From positions 1 to 44,794 of the forward strand of contig JALHMU010000002.1 in the NCBI GenBank assembly GCA_022843885.1: a stretch of 44,794 bases of DNA, in the 5' to 3' direction. Each line of letters begins with the position of its first letter. The stretch's first letter is position 1. Both the position numbers and the translations under genes were made by a program. Origin of the DNA: Candidatus Peribacteraceae bacterium (GTDB taxonomy: Bacteria > Patescibacteriota > Gracilibacteria > Peribacterales > Peribacteraceae). Of the stretch, positions 35,593 to 43,879 are shown piece by piece. The notes under the pieces are model-generated. The model had not been told where the DNA came from. It did not search any database and worked only from the letters and a program-made list of their open reading frames with translations.

Positions 35593-35706
35593 TTTGAATT
35601 AAGCGGTGATTTTTGGTAGTTGTAAAATAGCTGAAAGGCTCTATAATACAGGTGTTCAGGCATTCAATATATCCAAATGATGCGCCACTAGATATGGAGC
35701 CATGGT

Positions 35707-36525
35707 GTGAAAACTATATCGGTCAGAGAAGTCGCAGAAGCTTTAGGAATTTCTACGAGGGGGGTTTTGTACCGCCGAGAGAAAGGACACCTTAAAGGCA
35801 TTCTTGTAAAAAACGAACGCGGCGTCGATGAATATCGGATCTACCCGACGAAGGAAATTATTGAAGGTCTAAAAAAGATCAATTCGCCCCTCGTAGCATC
35901 ACCAGACGCAATCGAGGGGTTTGATGTGGTCGATGCTCAGACTGTTACCGAAGAGGACACAATCTACGACTCGACTTTCGGCCCTGATGATGTTGTCGAA
36001 CCAACTCAGACAACGTCACAAAGATCTGAATGGTCGGACAATGCGAGGACCGCAGCCAATGGCATGGCAGATGAGCTATGGAATAACGTTATCAGCCGTT
36101 TCATGGAAAAGCTGGAGAAAAAAGACCAGTTAATTGGTGAGATGCGCGTTGAGATACAGGAAAAAGACAGGCAACTAAAGTTGCTACCGGATTTTCAAAA
36201 ACAAGCAGAAGATAAACGAAAAGAAGCCGAGTTGAAGGAGCTTGAGGCTGTAGCTTTGCGCAAACAAGTGGACGCACAAAAGGAAGCAAAAGAGACCGAG
36301 ATAGCGCAATTAAATTCAGATCTTGAAACAGCACGAATGGAAAGAGAAGCCAAAGAAGAAGCAGCAAAACTGTTGGAGCAGGAAAACGAGCTACTGAGAA
36401 AACGAGCTGAGGAAGCTGCTCTAAGCGCAGCGAAGCTTGAGCTGTTGGAAAATGAAATTTTACTGTTGAAGAAGCCCAAACCGTCCTGGTTTCAAAAACT
36501 TTTTATGCCTGCAGACGGACAGTAG
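35707..36525 (+). CDS. HTH + long coiled-coil protein, module partner of paralogue C
   Basis: 272 aa. The GTG start is preceded by GGAG (35696-35699). ISVREVAEALGISTRGVLYRREKGHL is the HTH, followed by an acidic linker and then a ~130-aa Glu/Lys-rich coiled coil. The architecture matches 2701..3348. Confidence 0.65.
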   Translation: MKTISVREVAEALGISTRGVLYRREKGHLKGILVKNERGVDEYRIYPTKEIIEGLKKINSPLVASPDAIEGFDVVDAQTVTEEDTIYDSTFGPDDVVEPTQTTSQRSEWSDNARTAANGMADELWNNVISRFMEKLEKKDQLIGEMRVEIQEKDRQLKLLPDFQKQAEDKRKEAELKELEAVALRKQVDAQKEAKETEIAQLNSDLETARMEREAKEEAAKLLEQENELLRKRAEEAALSAAKLELLENEILLLKKPKPSWFQKLFMPADGQ

Positions 36526-36576
36526 CTGGCGGAAAAGGAATAAACGAAAAACAATGCCAACAGTCAGATAAGTTGC

Positions 36577-37170
36577 TCAGTTGCGAAGCTCGGTTTTCAC
36601 TTTCATTACTGTTGTCTTGCTAATCCCCAATTCATTGGCAATGTCACGCACCGATCTTCCCTCGGCTATCAGCCTTTGTACACGCTCGGAACGATCAAAG
36701 CCTGGTCTTCCGATAGCCTTTCCACTTTTAGTGCCTTTAGAACGGGCGTGAGCTATCCCAGATTTGATTCGTTCACGCAGCAAATCGTTTTCGAATTCCG
36801 AAATGGCAGCCAACATATTCAACATCAATTTGCCCTGGGCAGTGGAAATGTCGAGGTCCGGTCCATTGAGGGCACGAAGAGCAACATTGCGGTCCGATAG
36901 CTCCTGAACAGTGGAGCGCAGGTCGGGTGTGCTCCGGCCCCAGCGAGACAACTCCGAAACGAGGACCAAATCAATTTGTCCTGCTCTGGCAAGTTCCAGG
37001 ACCTTTTTGCGTTCCACGCGATCATTTTTGGCGCCACTACCGATTTCTTTAAAAATGGCGACGATATTTAAAGTGCCGACGGCTGCATAAGCTGTTAATT
37101 CGGCTACCTGGCGTTCGCAAGACTGATCACTTGTGCTGACCCTGGCATAAATTGCTGTTCGCTGTACCAT
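36577..37170 (-). CDS. Serine recombinase (resolvase/invertase family), intact
   Basis: MVQRTAIYARVSTSDQ carries the catalytic Ser motif. It also has VLVSELSRWGRS, the E-helix GKLMLNMLAAISEFENDLLRERIKSG and a C-terminal HTH RSVRDIANELGISKTTV. ATG 37170 is preceded by AGAGGG. Confidence 0.85.
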   Translation of the reverse strand: MVQRTAIYARVSTSDQSCERQVAELTAYAAVGTLNIVAIFKEIGSGAKNDRVERKKVLELARAGQIDLVLVSELSRWGRSTPDLRSTVQELSDRNVALRALNGPDLDISTAQGKLMLNMLAAISEFENDLLRERIKSGIAHARSKGTKSGKAIGRPGFDRSERVQRLIAEGRSVRDIANELGISKTTVMKVKTELRN

Positions 37171-37487
37171 AAACCCTCTTGGCAAAATGCCCATATTAGT
37201 CCGGACTGGTTGGGCGTTTCAGGCGAAGTAATTACCGTACCACAAAGGTAATAGTTTCTGGCACAGCAATCAGCAGTTGTCGTTAGGGGTAATTCGAGGC
37301 CCATCATTACGGGTGCAGGTCTCAACTCGCCAAGCTGTGGGTGTTACTGGACGACATCTGTAGAATTCAGCGCCAACGGAAAAATAGATTGTTCGAGGTT
37401 GGGAAGTGCGTTGAACGATTTTGATTTCAAGATCGGGATCGAGCCTTCCTTCAAAAAAATCACTGATGGCCTCGAGCTGTCCAAAGG

Positions 37488-37919
37488 CTAGAACTGCGAG
37501 CGATTCGGCGAAGTGGCACTGAAATTACCTTTCTCTTGAACTGCATCAGGTTCACCGGCCCATCTTTTGAGTGTTTCCAAAAGTTTGTTTTGACTACAGT
37601 CTTTTGGGATGAATTCATCCATTCCTGCTGCCAGACATCGTTCTCGAATATCTCTATCACTATCAGAGCTAAAGCCAATTATAGGAACATGGCTCCCATC
37701 CTGAGTTTGATACATCCTCATCTGCCGAGTGCATTCAAAGCCATCCATTCTTGGCATACTGCAATCCATGATGATTGCAGCATATTGCCGAGTTCTACAG
37801 AGTTCAATTGCGTCCTGGCCGCTTGTTGCTTTATCAACTGAAAAACCGAAAGATTCGACCGACAGTGCGGTTCCTTCCAGCACTATAGGCGTGTCATCGA
37901 CGATTAAAATCGTAGGCAT
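37488..37919 (-). CDS. Single-domain response regulator (CheY-like receiver)
   Basis: ILIVDDTPIV, AAIIMDCSMPRMDGFE and CLAAGMDEFIPKD are canonical receiver motifs. Confidence 0.8.
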   Translation of the reverse strand: MPTILIVDDTPIVLEGTALSVESFGFSVDKATSGQDAIELCRTRQYAAIIMDCSMPRMDGFECTRQMRMYQTQDGSHVPIIGFSSDSDRDIRERCLAAGMDEFIPKDCSQNKLLETLKRWAGEPDAVQEKGNFSATSPNRSQF

Positions 37920-38206
37920 TATCTAAGTTTCGCCCGCTCAAATAAGCCCCAACCGGAAATGAGGATCACGCGAATTCTCTGCCACGTGTCACTTGCCTCT
38001 TCTTCGCGTCCTTGAGCTTCATACAGGTCGTGGAGTCCGAGCAAGACAGAACCGGCCAAAGGACTGTAATAGCCTTCGCAGACTTCGGCTTGCTGCAATG
38101 CGTGCTTGTACAGGCGTTCCGATTCAGCAAAATCGCCTCTCGCAAGCGCAGCACCTGCAAACTCAGAACGAGCCTCTATGACACGAATTTGCAATAACCG
38201 ACACAT
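37919..38206 (-). CDS. Small TPR-like helical protein
   Basis: 95 aa. ARGDFAESERLYKHALQQAE and LHDLYEAQGREEEA look like TPR-type repeats. The stop overlaps the start of the receiver gene. Confidence 0.4.
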   Translation of the reverse strand: MCRLLQIRVIEARSEFAGAALARGDFAESERLYKHALQQAEVCEGYYSPLAGSVLLGLHDLYEAQGREEEASDTWQRIRVILISGWGLFERAKLR

Positions 38207-38327
38207 ATTAGCTCCCTCATCTTTCTATAGAACTTATTCCCGCAAAGCAGGCACCTATGACTATTTACCTGTGTTAATAACGGTAGTCTATTTGTCCGCT
38301 CGACCCTGTAGGGCGGACATTTTGCAC

Positions 38328-38567
38328 GTGAAAACCGGAAATAAAACAGTCAGGCAATTTGGAAAGCGTGTGCGCGAGCTGCGGCTTTCGAGACGTTGGA
38401 GTCAACAGCATTTAGCTTCGCTCCTGGACGTAGAGCAGGCTTACGTTAGCAGCATTGAACGGGGTGAGTATGGCCCGTCGCTTCGCCGTGCAGCTCTTAT
38501 TTCAGAAGCTTTTGGACTTTCTCTCTCCGAGTTGTTTTCCGGTATTGGACCGTGCCTGCACGGTTAG
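38328..38567 (+). CDS. XRE-family HTH transcriptional regulator
   Basis: FGKRVRELRLSRRWSQQHLASLLDVEQAYVSSIERGEYGPSL is a Cro/C1-type HTH. I chose the GTG start at 38328; the upstream part of the 153-aa ORF looks non-coding. Confidence 0.6.
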   Translation: MKTGNKTVRQFGKRVRELRLSRRWSQQHLASLLDVEQAYVSSIERGEYGPSLRRAALISEAFGLSLSELFSGIGPCLHG

Positions 38568-38763
38568 TGATTTCTCCTGTATGACTTTGCGGGTAGCCAA
38601 GTGCATTGTGGCTCAACTTTACTCTCTTTGCTAACAACCGTTCGAATGATTTTTTTTATTAAATTTTGAAGCCTCGCTTTTGTGATTAGTGGAGGGCTAA
38701 AGATCGCAATGACCGATTATATTAGGTCGCCAATCGTCGCCTAGTTCTAGGACAGTTGCGTCC

Positions 38764-39006
38764 ATGAACCAAGAGAGGCGCATAGTTAAGACACTCGGCA
38801 GGCAAGTCAAAAAGCAGCGCCAAGCTCTGGGCTGGTCGCAGATGTTTTTAGCAGCAGAAGCCGGACTGGATAAAGGTTACATCGGCAGCATAGAGCGAGC
38901 CGAAGTTAATCCGTCGATCAAAAAAATAGCAAGAATCGCTGACGCTCTCCAAGTGCGGGTGATCGACCTTTTGGACGACGGACGTAATTCTCAAGGACGG
39001 TTCTAG
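38764..39006 (+). CDS. XRE-family HTH transcriptional regulator
   Basis: LGRQVKKQRQALGWSQMFLAAEAGLDKGYIGSIERAEVNPSIKKIARIADAL. Confidence 0.7.
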   Translation: MNQERRIVKTLGRQVKKQRQALGWSQMFLAAEAGLDKGYIGSIERAEVNPSIKKIARIADALQVRVIDLLDDGRNSQGRF

Positions 39007-39053
39007 GCAAACTGGCCTGTCTGTTTCATGATGGAAACAGGCAGGTGATTCTA

Positions 39054-39344
39054 ATGACGTATTCAGACAAAACGATAGTTTGCCGCGATTGCGAAAAGGG
39101 CTTTGTGTTCACAGCCGGAGAGCAGGAATTTTATGCGCTCCGGCAGCTTTCGAATGAACCTAAACGTTGTCCAAACTGCCGTATGGCTTCCCGAATCAAA
39201 CGGGACGGCGGTGATCCAGAAAGGCAAATAACCGAAACCCCATGCCACGAATGCGGTACCCTAACGCGGGTTCCATTTAGACCAACAGGCGCCAAACCCG
39301 TATATTGCTCAAGTTGTTTCCGAAAGCAAAAGTTGCAGAAATGA
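39054..39344 (+). CDS. Zinc-ribbon protein of the CxxC-x17-CxxC type
   Basis: CRDCEKGFVFTAGEQEFYALRQLSNEPKRCPNCR plus CHECGTLTRVPFRPTGAKPVYCSSCF match the motif as I recall it from cold-shock/DEAD-box-associated small proteins. Confidence 0.6.
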   Translation: MTYSDKTIVCRDCEKGFVFTAGEQEFYALRQLSNEPKRCPNCRMASRIKRDGGDPERQITETPCHECGTLTRVPFRPTGAKPVYCSSCFRKQKLQK

Positions 39345-39766
39345 GATTAAACATTCTCGTTGTGATGGATATCAAGCCAGACAGGCTGACGATTACCGGT
39401 CTGAGACTTTTGAATGAGGCTATACACTCTTTTGGCTACAACCCAGTCGTGGCCCGCGATTCTGATGACGCTTTACGCATCCTAAATGAAGGCAACATCA
39501 GTGCTGTGCTTTGTACCGTGGGACTCTATAACGGAACGGCTTTCGATCTACTGCTTGCTGCAAAAGCCCAAGACCTGGTAAGCATGCCATTTATCGTTGT
39601 GACGGTATCCCAAACCCCTACTCAAGATCAGATCTTGACGATAGGTTGCGAATCAACAGGCGCAATTTACTTCAATATGGGCAACTACGATTCAAGAGAA
39701 GAAATGCGGCAGGAATTGAAAAAGCTCTTGCTTAAGTTCGATGAGCAAGGTTGTTCTGCGTTTTAG
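39341..39766 (+). CDS. Receiver-like domain lacking the phospho-acceptor Asp (pseudo-receiver)
   Basis: The receiver fold pattern is present: ILVVMD..., ISAVLCTVGLYNGTAFDLL and PFIVVTVS. The DD pair reads MD and the acceptor position reads C/T. The start overlaps the upstream stop (ATGA). Confidence 0.5.
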   Translation: MRLNILVVMDIKPDRLTITGLRLLNEAIHSFGYNPVVARDSDDALRILNEGNISAVLCTVGLYNGTAFDLLLAAKAQDLVSMPFIVVTVSQTPTQDQILTIGCESTGAIYFNMGNYDSREEMRQELKKLLLKFDEQGCSAF

Positions 39767-39903
39767 TAGGAACCATGCGGATCTTGTTATTTTGCCGAGG
39801 AATCGCGGCATAGCTTATTGACAACCAAAGTCATTTATGGGAAGTTGATAACAGAATCCACGAAGAGGCTGATTGGGAGCCGCCTTACACAAGTCAAACG
39901 ATC

Positions 39904-41070
39904 ATGAAAAAACAGAAAAAGCCCGTGAATAAAGCGAAGGCATCGCAGTCCTTCAGCAAGCAACCTGCGAAAACGTCTCACAGAGGGCTTTCCTGGATTG
40001 TTTCGGGAGTTCTTCTGACGGTAATCGTCCTTGGACTTGGCTTCGCTGATGCTGCAAATGCGAGAAATGCATTACTCCAAGAAGCGGCTATCAGAGCGGC
40101 CTCCAGACGAATGTCGAATGGCGCAGGCAACTATCAATCAGGGGAATCATATCGCCTTCCGGCAAACGCCAAAGCAGCAAACCGCGAAGAATCAAAGTTA
40201 CTTTTGGCTCAGGGAAGTGGCTCAGAGAGCCAAATTACTTACGATCCTTTTGGTCGCCTGGTCAAGATTGTTGATCCAGAAAGTACTGTTAGGCAATTTG
40301 TTTGGCTAGGGGATCGCATAGCAGAAGAGCGCGATGGAAGCGGTTCCGTGACGAAGCAGTTTTTCGATTGGGGCGAAATCATCGGCGGTACAAAATACTT
40401 TTACACGCGCGATCACTTAGGTTCAGTGCGGGAGATGACCGATCAGAGCGGAAGCGTTGTTGCACAATATAGCTACGATCCGTTCGGCAACGTCACCAAG
40501 ATCAAAGGCTCTGGCGCTGATTCTGACTTCCTTTTCGCTGGTTATTTCTATCATCGTCCCAGTGGTTTATATATCACTGCGCACCGGCTCTACAGTCCAA
40601 AACTTGGACGGTGGCTGAGTCGCGACCCACTTAACGAGCCTGAATTCAACATGATGCCTACGAATCCCGATCCCGATGTGCCTCAAGCCATGCTTGTCTC
40701 GCAGCTCGATCCGATGAGTGATGCTGTTGCAATGCAAAACGATCCCCGGCTCGCCGCCTTTGCTCCGCTGGCACGTACAGCGGGAAATAATCCTGAGATG
40801 CAACGTCACATCGCTAGCATGATTCCACGCATGCCGGGGCTTCATCAGCCCAAAATGCCAAGCAACGGCAATTTATACGCGTATGTGAACAACAATCCCG
40901 TGAGCTTTCGCGACCCGTCGGGACTGGATGGAGATTGGGCTTGGTGCTCTGAATTCTGTTCGCGCAACACGAAGAGCGCCCTCGGTTGGCTAATTTGTAT
41001 GATGTGGTGTATGGACAACACCCATCAACCAAAATGTCCGCCCGCATCACCGCCTTGGGGACAATTCTAG
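39904..41070 (+). CDS. Minimal RHS/YD-repeat core protein with N-terminal membrane anchor and a 47-aa Cys/Trp-rich C-terminal tip
   Basis: YDPFGRLV and YSYDPFGN are YD repeats. AHRLYSPKLGRWLSRDPL ... NLYAYVNNNPVSFRDPSGL is the RHS repeat-associated core ending in the DPxGL cleavage motif. The N-terminal anchor is LSWIVSGVLLTVIVLGLGF. Confidence 0.8.
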   Translation: MKKQKKPVNKAKASQSFSKQPAKTSHRGLSWIVSGVLLTVIVLGLGFADAANARNALLQEAAIRAASRRMSNGAGNYQSGESYRLPANAKAANREESKLLLAQGSGSESQITYDPFGRLVKIVDPESTVRQFVWLGDRIAEERDGSGSVTKQFFDWGEIIGGTKYFYTRDHLGSVREMTDQSGSVVAQYSYDPFGNVTKIKGSGADSDFLFAGYFYHRPSGLYITAHRLYSPKLGRWLSRDPLNEPEFNMMPTNPDPDVPQAMLVSQLDPMSDAVAMQNDPRLAAFAPLARTAGNNPEMQRHIASMIPRMPGLHQPKMPSNGNLYAYVNNNPVSFRDPSGLDGDWAWCSEFCSRNTKSALGWLICMMWCMDNTHQPKCPPASPPWGQF

Positions 41071-41342
41071 TGAGCTTTCAACAAGCCGACGAACTGAAAC
41101 AAGAAATCAGCAAATGGCAAAATAGGGCACAAGCTGCTCACAGACAAGGTGATCGCGATCTTGTCCGTAGTGCCTTAAAAGAAAAACGTCGCTATAAACG
41201 ACTCTTAAATGAGCTACCAAGCGATGATCCGCCGTTTACCGCGTTAGTCCCGAAGCGTCAGCCACCCGGCTCCGGAGCAACCGAAATTGCTCTGCCTTTG
41301 CCGAAGTCCGAGGACGAAAACAACGGGTCTGAAAATGAATGA
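41070..41342 (+). CDS. Small helical protein in the immunity position downstream of the RHS gene (speculative gene model)
   Basis: The GTG at 41070 overlaps the RHS stop (TAGTG). It is 90 aa and predicted helical (ELKQEISKWQNRAQAAHRQGDRDLVRSALKEKRRYKRLL). Confidence 0.35.
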   Translation: MSFQQADELKQEISKWQNRAQAAHRQGDRDLVRSALKEKRRYKRLLNELPSDDPPFTALVPKRQPPGSGATEIALPLPKSEDENNGSENE

Positions 41343-41483
41343 TGTTTCATGGCTTCTCATTCAATGCTTGAAACTGCCACTGCGCGCCACGTTCAAGGAT
41401 TGAATTCCAATGCTTCCCAAGAGGCAAAACAGCCAAAATTATTTTTGGGGTAGTCAAAAACCAGCGAACGAGGCGATCAACCT

Positions 41484-41879
41484 TCATTTTTTTTGGAGCA
41501 GGGCCGGTGTTGAATTTTCTACGAGATTTCGTAGCCCTTCGAGCAACATCGGCTTTTCGTAATAGCCATTCATGCCCGCCTTGAGACATTTTTCTTTAGT
41601 TGAACCGCCACCGGAGACGGCAACGATAGAAGCAGGTTTGCGGTCCTCTGATTCTTCAAAGCTCCTGATCGCGGCTGTGGCTTCCAGACCGCCCATAATA
41701 GGCATTTGCACGTCCATCAAAATCAAATCGTATTCAGCATCATGAACGCGGCGCACTGCTTCTGCCCCGTTTGCGGCTGAGTCCGCCTTAATTCCGAGGG
41801 CATGCAGTTGCATGACCAGGGCGTGCCTCAAATGCACGTTGTCTTCCACCACCAGCACCGGAACGCTTTCATCAGCCAT
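41484..41879 (-). CDS. Single-domain response regulator (CheY-like receiver)
   Basis: VLVVEDNVHLR, DLILMDVQMPIMGGLE and CLKAGMNGYYEKP. ATG 41879 was chosen over the longer ORF. Confidence 0.8.
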   Translation of the reverse strand: MADESVPVLVVEDNVHLRHALVMQLHALGIKADSAANGAEAVRRVHDAEYDLILMDVQMPIMGGLEATAAIRSFEESEDRKPASIVAVSGGGSTKEKCLKAGMNGYYEKPMLLEGLRNLVENSTPALLQKK

Positions 41880-41976
41880 TTGACACCTTAAAAACTGAGA
41901 ACCCAGAGAAGGACGGGCATTAATCTTCTCCGCTCCCGACAACTATAATTAAGCGTCCCTTCCAGCAGGCAAAAAA

Positions 41977-42327
41977 ATGCGAAGAAAGCTGCCTTTTATT
42001 TTGTCACTGTGCATTATTAGCACGGTGATTGCGGCTTCGGCCGAAGAACAGAAAAATCAATCAACTCAAATCATAAACAGCTCACTGGGAACTATTGGCC
42101 AATGCGTGGTGGTTACTGTTTCATCGCCAGGCGCTAAGACACAGGAATATCACGCAAAGATTCCTAACGATATGTATTCTCCCGCTGGTGACAACACTGC
42201 GCTCGGGCTGATCGAAATTGGCAAACGTGTCACCGACGGCATCAACAAAGCCAAAAGACTAGAAGGTTCAACGACTGTCACTATTCAGATCGAGACGAAA
42301 GTACCAAAATCTTCTGCAAGACCTTGA
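41977..42327 (+). CDS. Small secreted hypothetical protein
   Basis: 116 aa with a signal-peptide-like N-terminus, MRRKLPFILSLCIISTVIAASA. Confidence 0.5.
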   Translation: MRRKLPFILSLCIISTVIAASAEEQKNQSTQIINSSLGTIGQCVVVTVSSPGAKTQEYHAKIPNDMYSPAGDNTALGLIEIGKRVTDGINKAKRLEGSTTVTIQIETKVPKSSARP

Positions 42328-42436
42328 TACAAAATTGCTAGCAGGTTTCAGAAATTGAAGCCTGCTGACAAGTGCTATAACGGGGATGGAGACTCGCGAT
42401 TATGGCTTCGCAGTCATAATCGCACAGATGAAATCA

Positions 42437-42472
42437 AAAGCCTTGGCAGTGTTCGGCCAAGGCTTTGCTTTA
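42437..42472. terminator. Bidirectional terminator hairpin (11-bp stem aaagccttggc / gccaaggcttt)
   Basis: Read directly. It lies between the convergent 41977 (+) and 42511 (-) genes. Confidence 0.65.
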
Positions 42473-42510
42473 TCGAATGATTTTGCGCAACATGAGTTTG
42501 GTGCGGCAGT

Positions 42511-43080
42511 TCAATGACTTGATTTTTCAGCAGAGGAAATCACGCTATCCGCACACGAGCAGGTTTCGGCATGTCCAGCCGCTTTATCCAATTTTATTGA
42601 ATGATGCAGTTTCTGTGTAGGTCGCTCGCGACTGGATTCGACATCAGACGTATTCAACAGTAAAGCCTCGCGCTCACTTTCGATCATTATTTTTTGGAGA
42701 TACGGCAGGACCTGACGCTCATCCCAACGAACGTGATCTTCAATAACAACTGCAACTGCATCAAAATCTTTGGCTTGAAGACTGGGATCTTTACTTGAGG
42801 TTAGCGTTCTAATCGCTACGTTGATTTTTTGATGTTGTTCTGCAATTTCTGCGGAAAGAAGATCGCTAAACTTCACCTTCGAAAGGGCAGCTTGCTCATC
42901 GGCTAGATACTGCTCAACTAATGCTGCGTGATGTTTCCTAAGCTCTGTCGCCAAAGAAATGCGATCTTGTTCTGTGCCCGAAGCGGCTTTGTAAAGCCTT
43001 TGAACCAGCACCAACAAGACACCGTGGTCGCGTGACAATGGCTGTAGAGCAGCCTCACGCTCTAGTTTTTGATTTAACAT
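42511..43080 (-). CDS. Hemerythrin (HHE cation-binding) domain protein
   Basis: LSRDHGVLLVLVQRL and IEDHVRWDERQVLPYLQ are hemerythrin-like H/E motifs. ATG 43080 is preceded by AAGAGGAAA. Confidence 0.6.
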   Translation of the reverse strand: MLNQKLEREAALQPLSRDHGVLLVLVQRLYKAASGTEQDRISLATELRKHHAALVEQYLADEQAALSKVKFSDLLSAEIAEQHQKINVAIRTLTSSKDPSLQAKDFDAVAVVIEDHVRWDERQVLPYLQKIMIESEREALLLNTSDVESSRERPTQKLHHSIKLDKAAGHAETCSCADSVISSAEKSSH

Positions 43081-43126
43081 GGCCTTTTTCCTCTTTTTGT
43101 GGTCAGTAATTATTTCAGGGCGTACT

Positions 43127-43855
43127 TTATTTGCAACGAAGAGCCAATGCGTCTTCCGCCTCAATTGCTTTCGGAAAGAGAATTGAATTCTCTTTGTGTA
43201 TGTGGATTCGCAGGTCTTCATCGAGGTGAGCGAGACCGCCCAGCAATGCCCGCCAACTTGTGCAGGCGTGACCTGGAGGTGTGTATTGGTCGGTCAGTTC
43301 TCGCAACTGCATTAGCGCCTCACCGGCGTCATTGTGTTCGGACTCCATGCACCGGACTGGGTTGGCAACCGTACCAAAAGGAGCTTTAGGTAATTCAACA
43401 CCCCGATCAAGCTTGCGTATGAATGGAAAAAGAACCATTTCTTCTTTTGTTGTGTGCTGTTCGATTTCCTGCCTCATAGCCGAGAAAATCGCGGCTACCT
43501 GAACGAGACGTGGTTCTTTAATTCCATGAACTCGGGCCACTTTGTCAGCCAGTTCTTGCAAGCGTGGTAGCTCGACTTTTAAAAAGGCATGATGTGTTTG
43601 TTGAATATGATCGGCTAGCTCAGTCAATGTCGCATCAAGCCAGGTCTTGGTGTTTGTGTCTACAACTGCGTTGGCGTCGCTTTCTTCCAGATCGACTAGA
43701 ACTGCCTGTGGATCTATTGAGGCTTTGACGCAAGCGTCCTCAAGCGTTTGCTTACCACCACAGCAAAAATCGATGCCGTAGCGGTCAAAGACCACTGCGC
43801 GGAGAGGTTGTTCGGCAACAAGAGTGCCAACCGGTTGGTGTTTAAAATCCTTCAT
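43127..43855 (-). CDS. ric: Iron-sulfur cluster repair di-iron protein (RIC; YtfE/ScdA family)
   Basis: The ScdA_N motif is YGIDFCCGGKQTLEDAC, followed by hemerythrin-like repeats (HH..EE..LFP, H...EN..LFP). ATG 43855 is preceded by AGGGAG. Confidence 0.85.
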   Translation of the reverse strand: MKDFKHQPVGTLVAEQPLRAVVFDRYGIDFCCGGKQTLEDACVKASIDPQAVLVDLEESDANAVVDTNTKTWLDATLTELADHIQQTHHAFLKVELPRLQELADKVARVHGIKEPRLVQVAAIFSAMRQEIEQHTTKEEMVLFPFIRKLDRGVELPKAPFGTVANPVRCMESEHNDAGEALMQLRELTDQYTPPGHACTSWRALLGGLAHLDEDLRIHIHKENSILFPKAIEAEDALALRCK

Positions 43856-43879
43856 TTCAATTACTCCCTTCAAATGGGC

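Larger units (their letters stand above)
33035..37300 (-). mobile_element. Putative compact replicative/integrative module (prim-pol-like gene, repeat spacer, HTH-coiled-coil gene, serine recombinase)
   Basis: This rests on gene content only. The boundaries are guesses and no flanking direct repeats were identified by eye. Confidence 0.35.

Noticed and set aside
34881-35597. 238-aa ORF spanning the spacer between paralogue C and the HTH-coiled-coil gene
   Set aside because: It has Arg/Ser/Thr/Lys-rich junk-like composition, no SD sequence and no recognisable motif. The reading frame is generated by the CGAAG-type DNA repeats, so I treat the region as non-coding.
41347-41589. 80-aa minus-strand ORF overlapping the 3' end of the response regulator
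   Set aside because: It lies in a different frame of a gene with clear receiver motifs, and has no RBS or motif.
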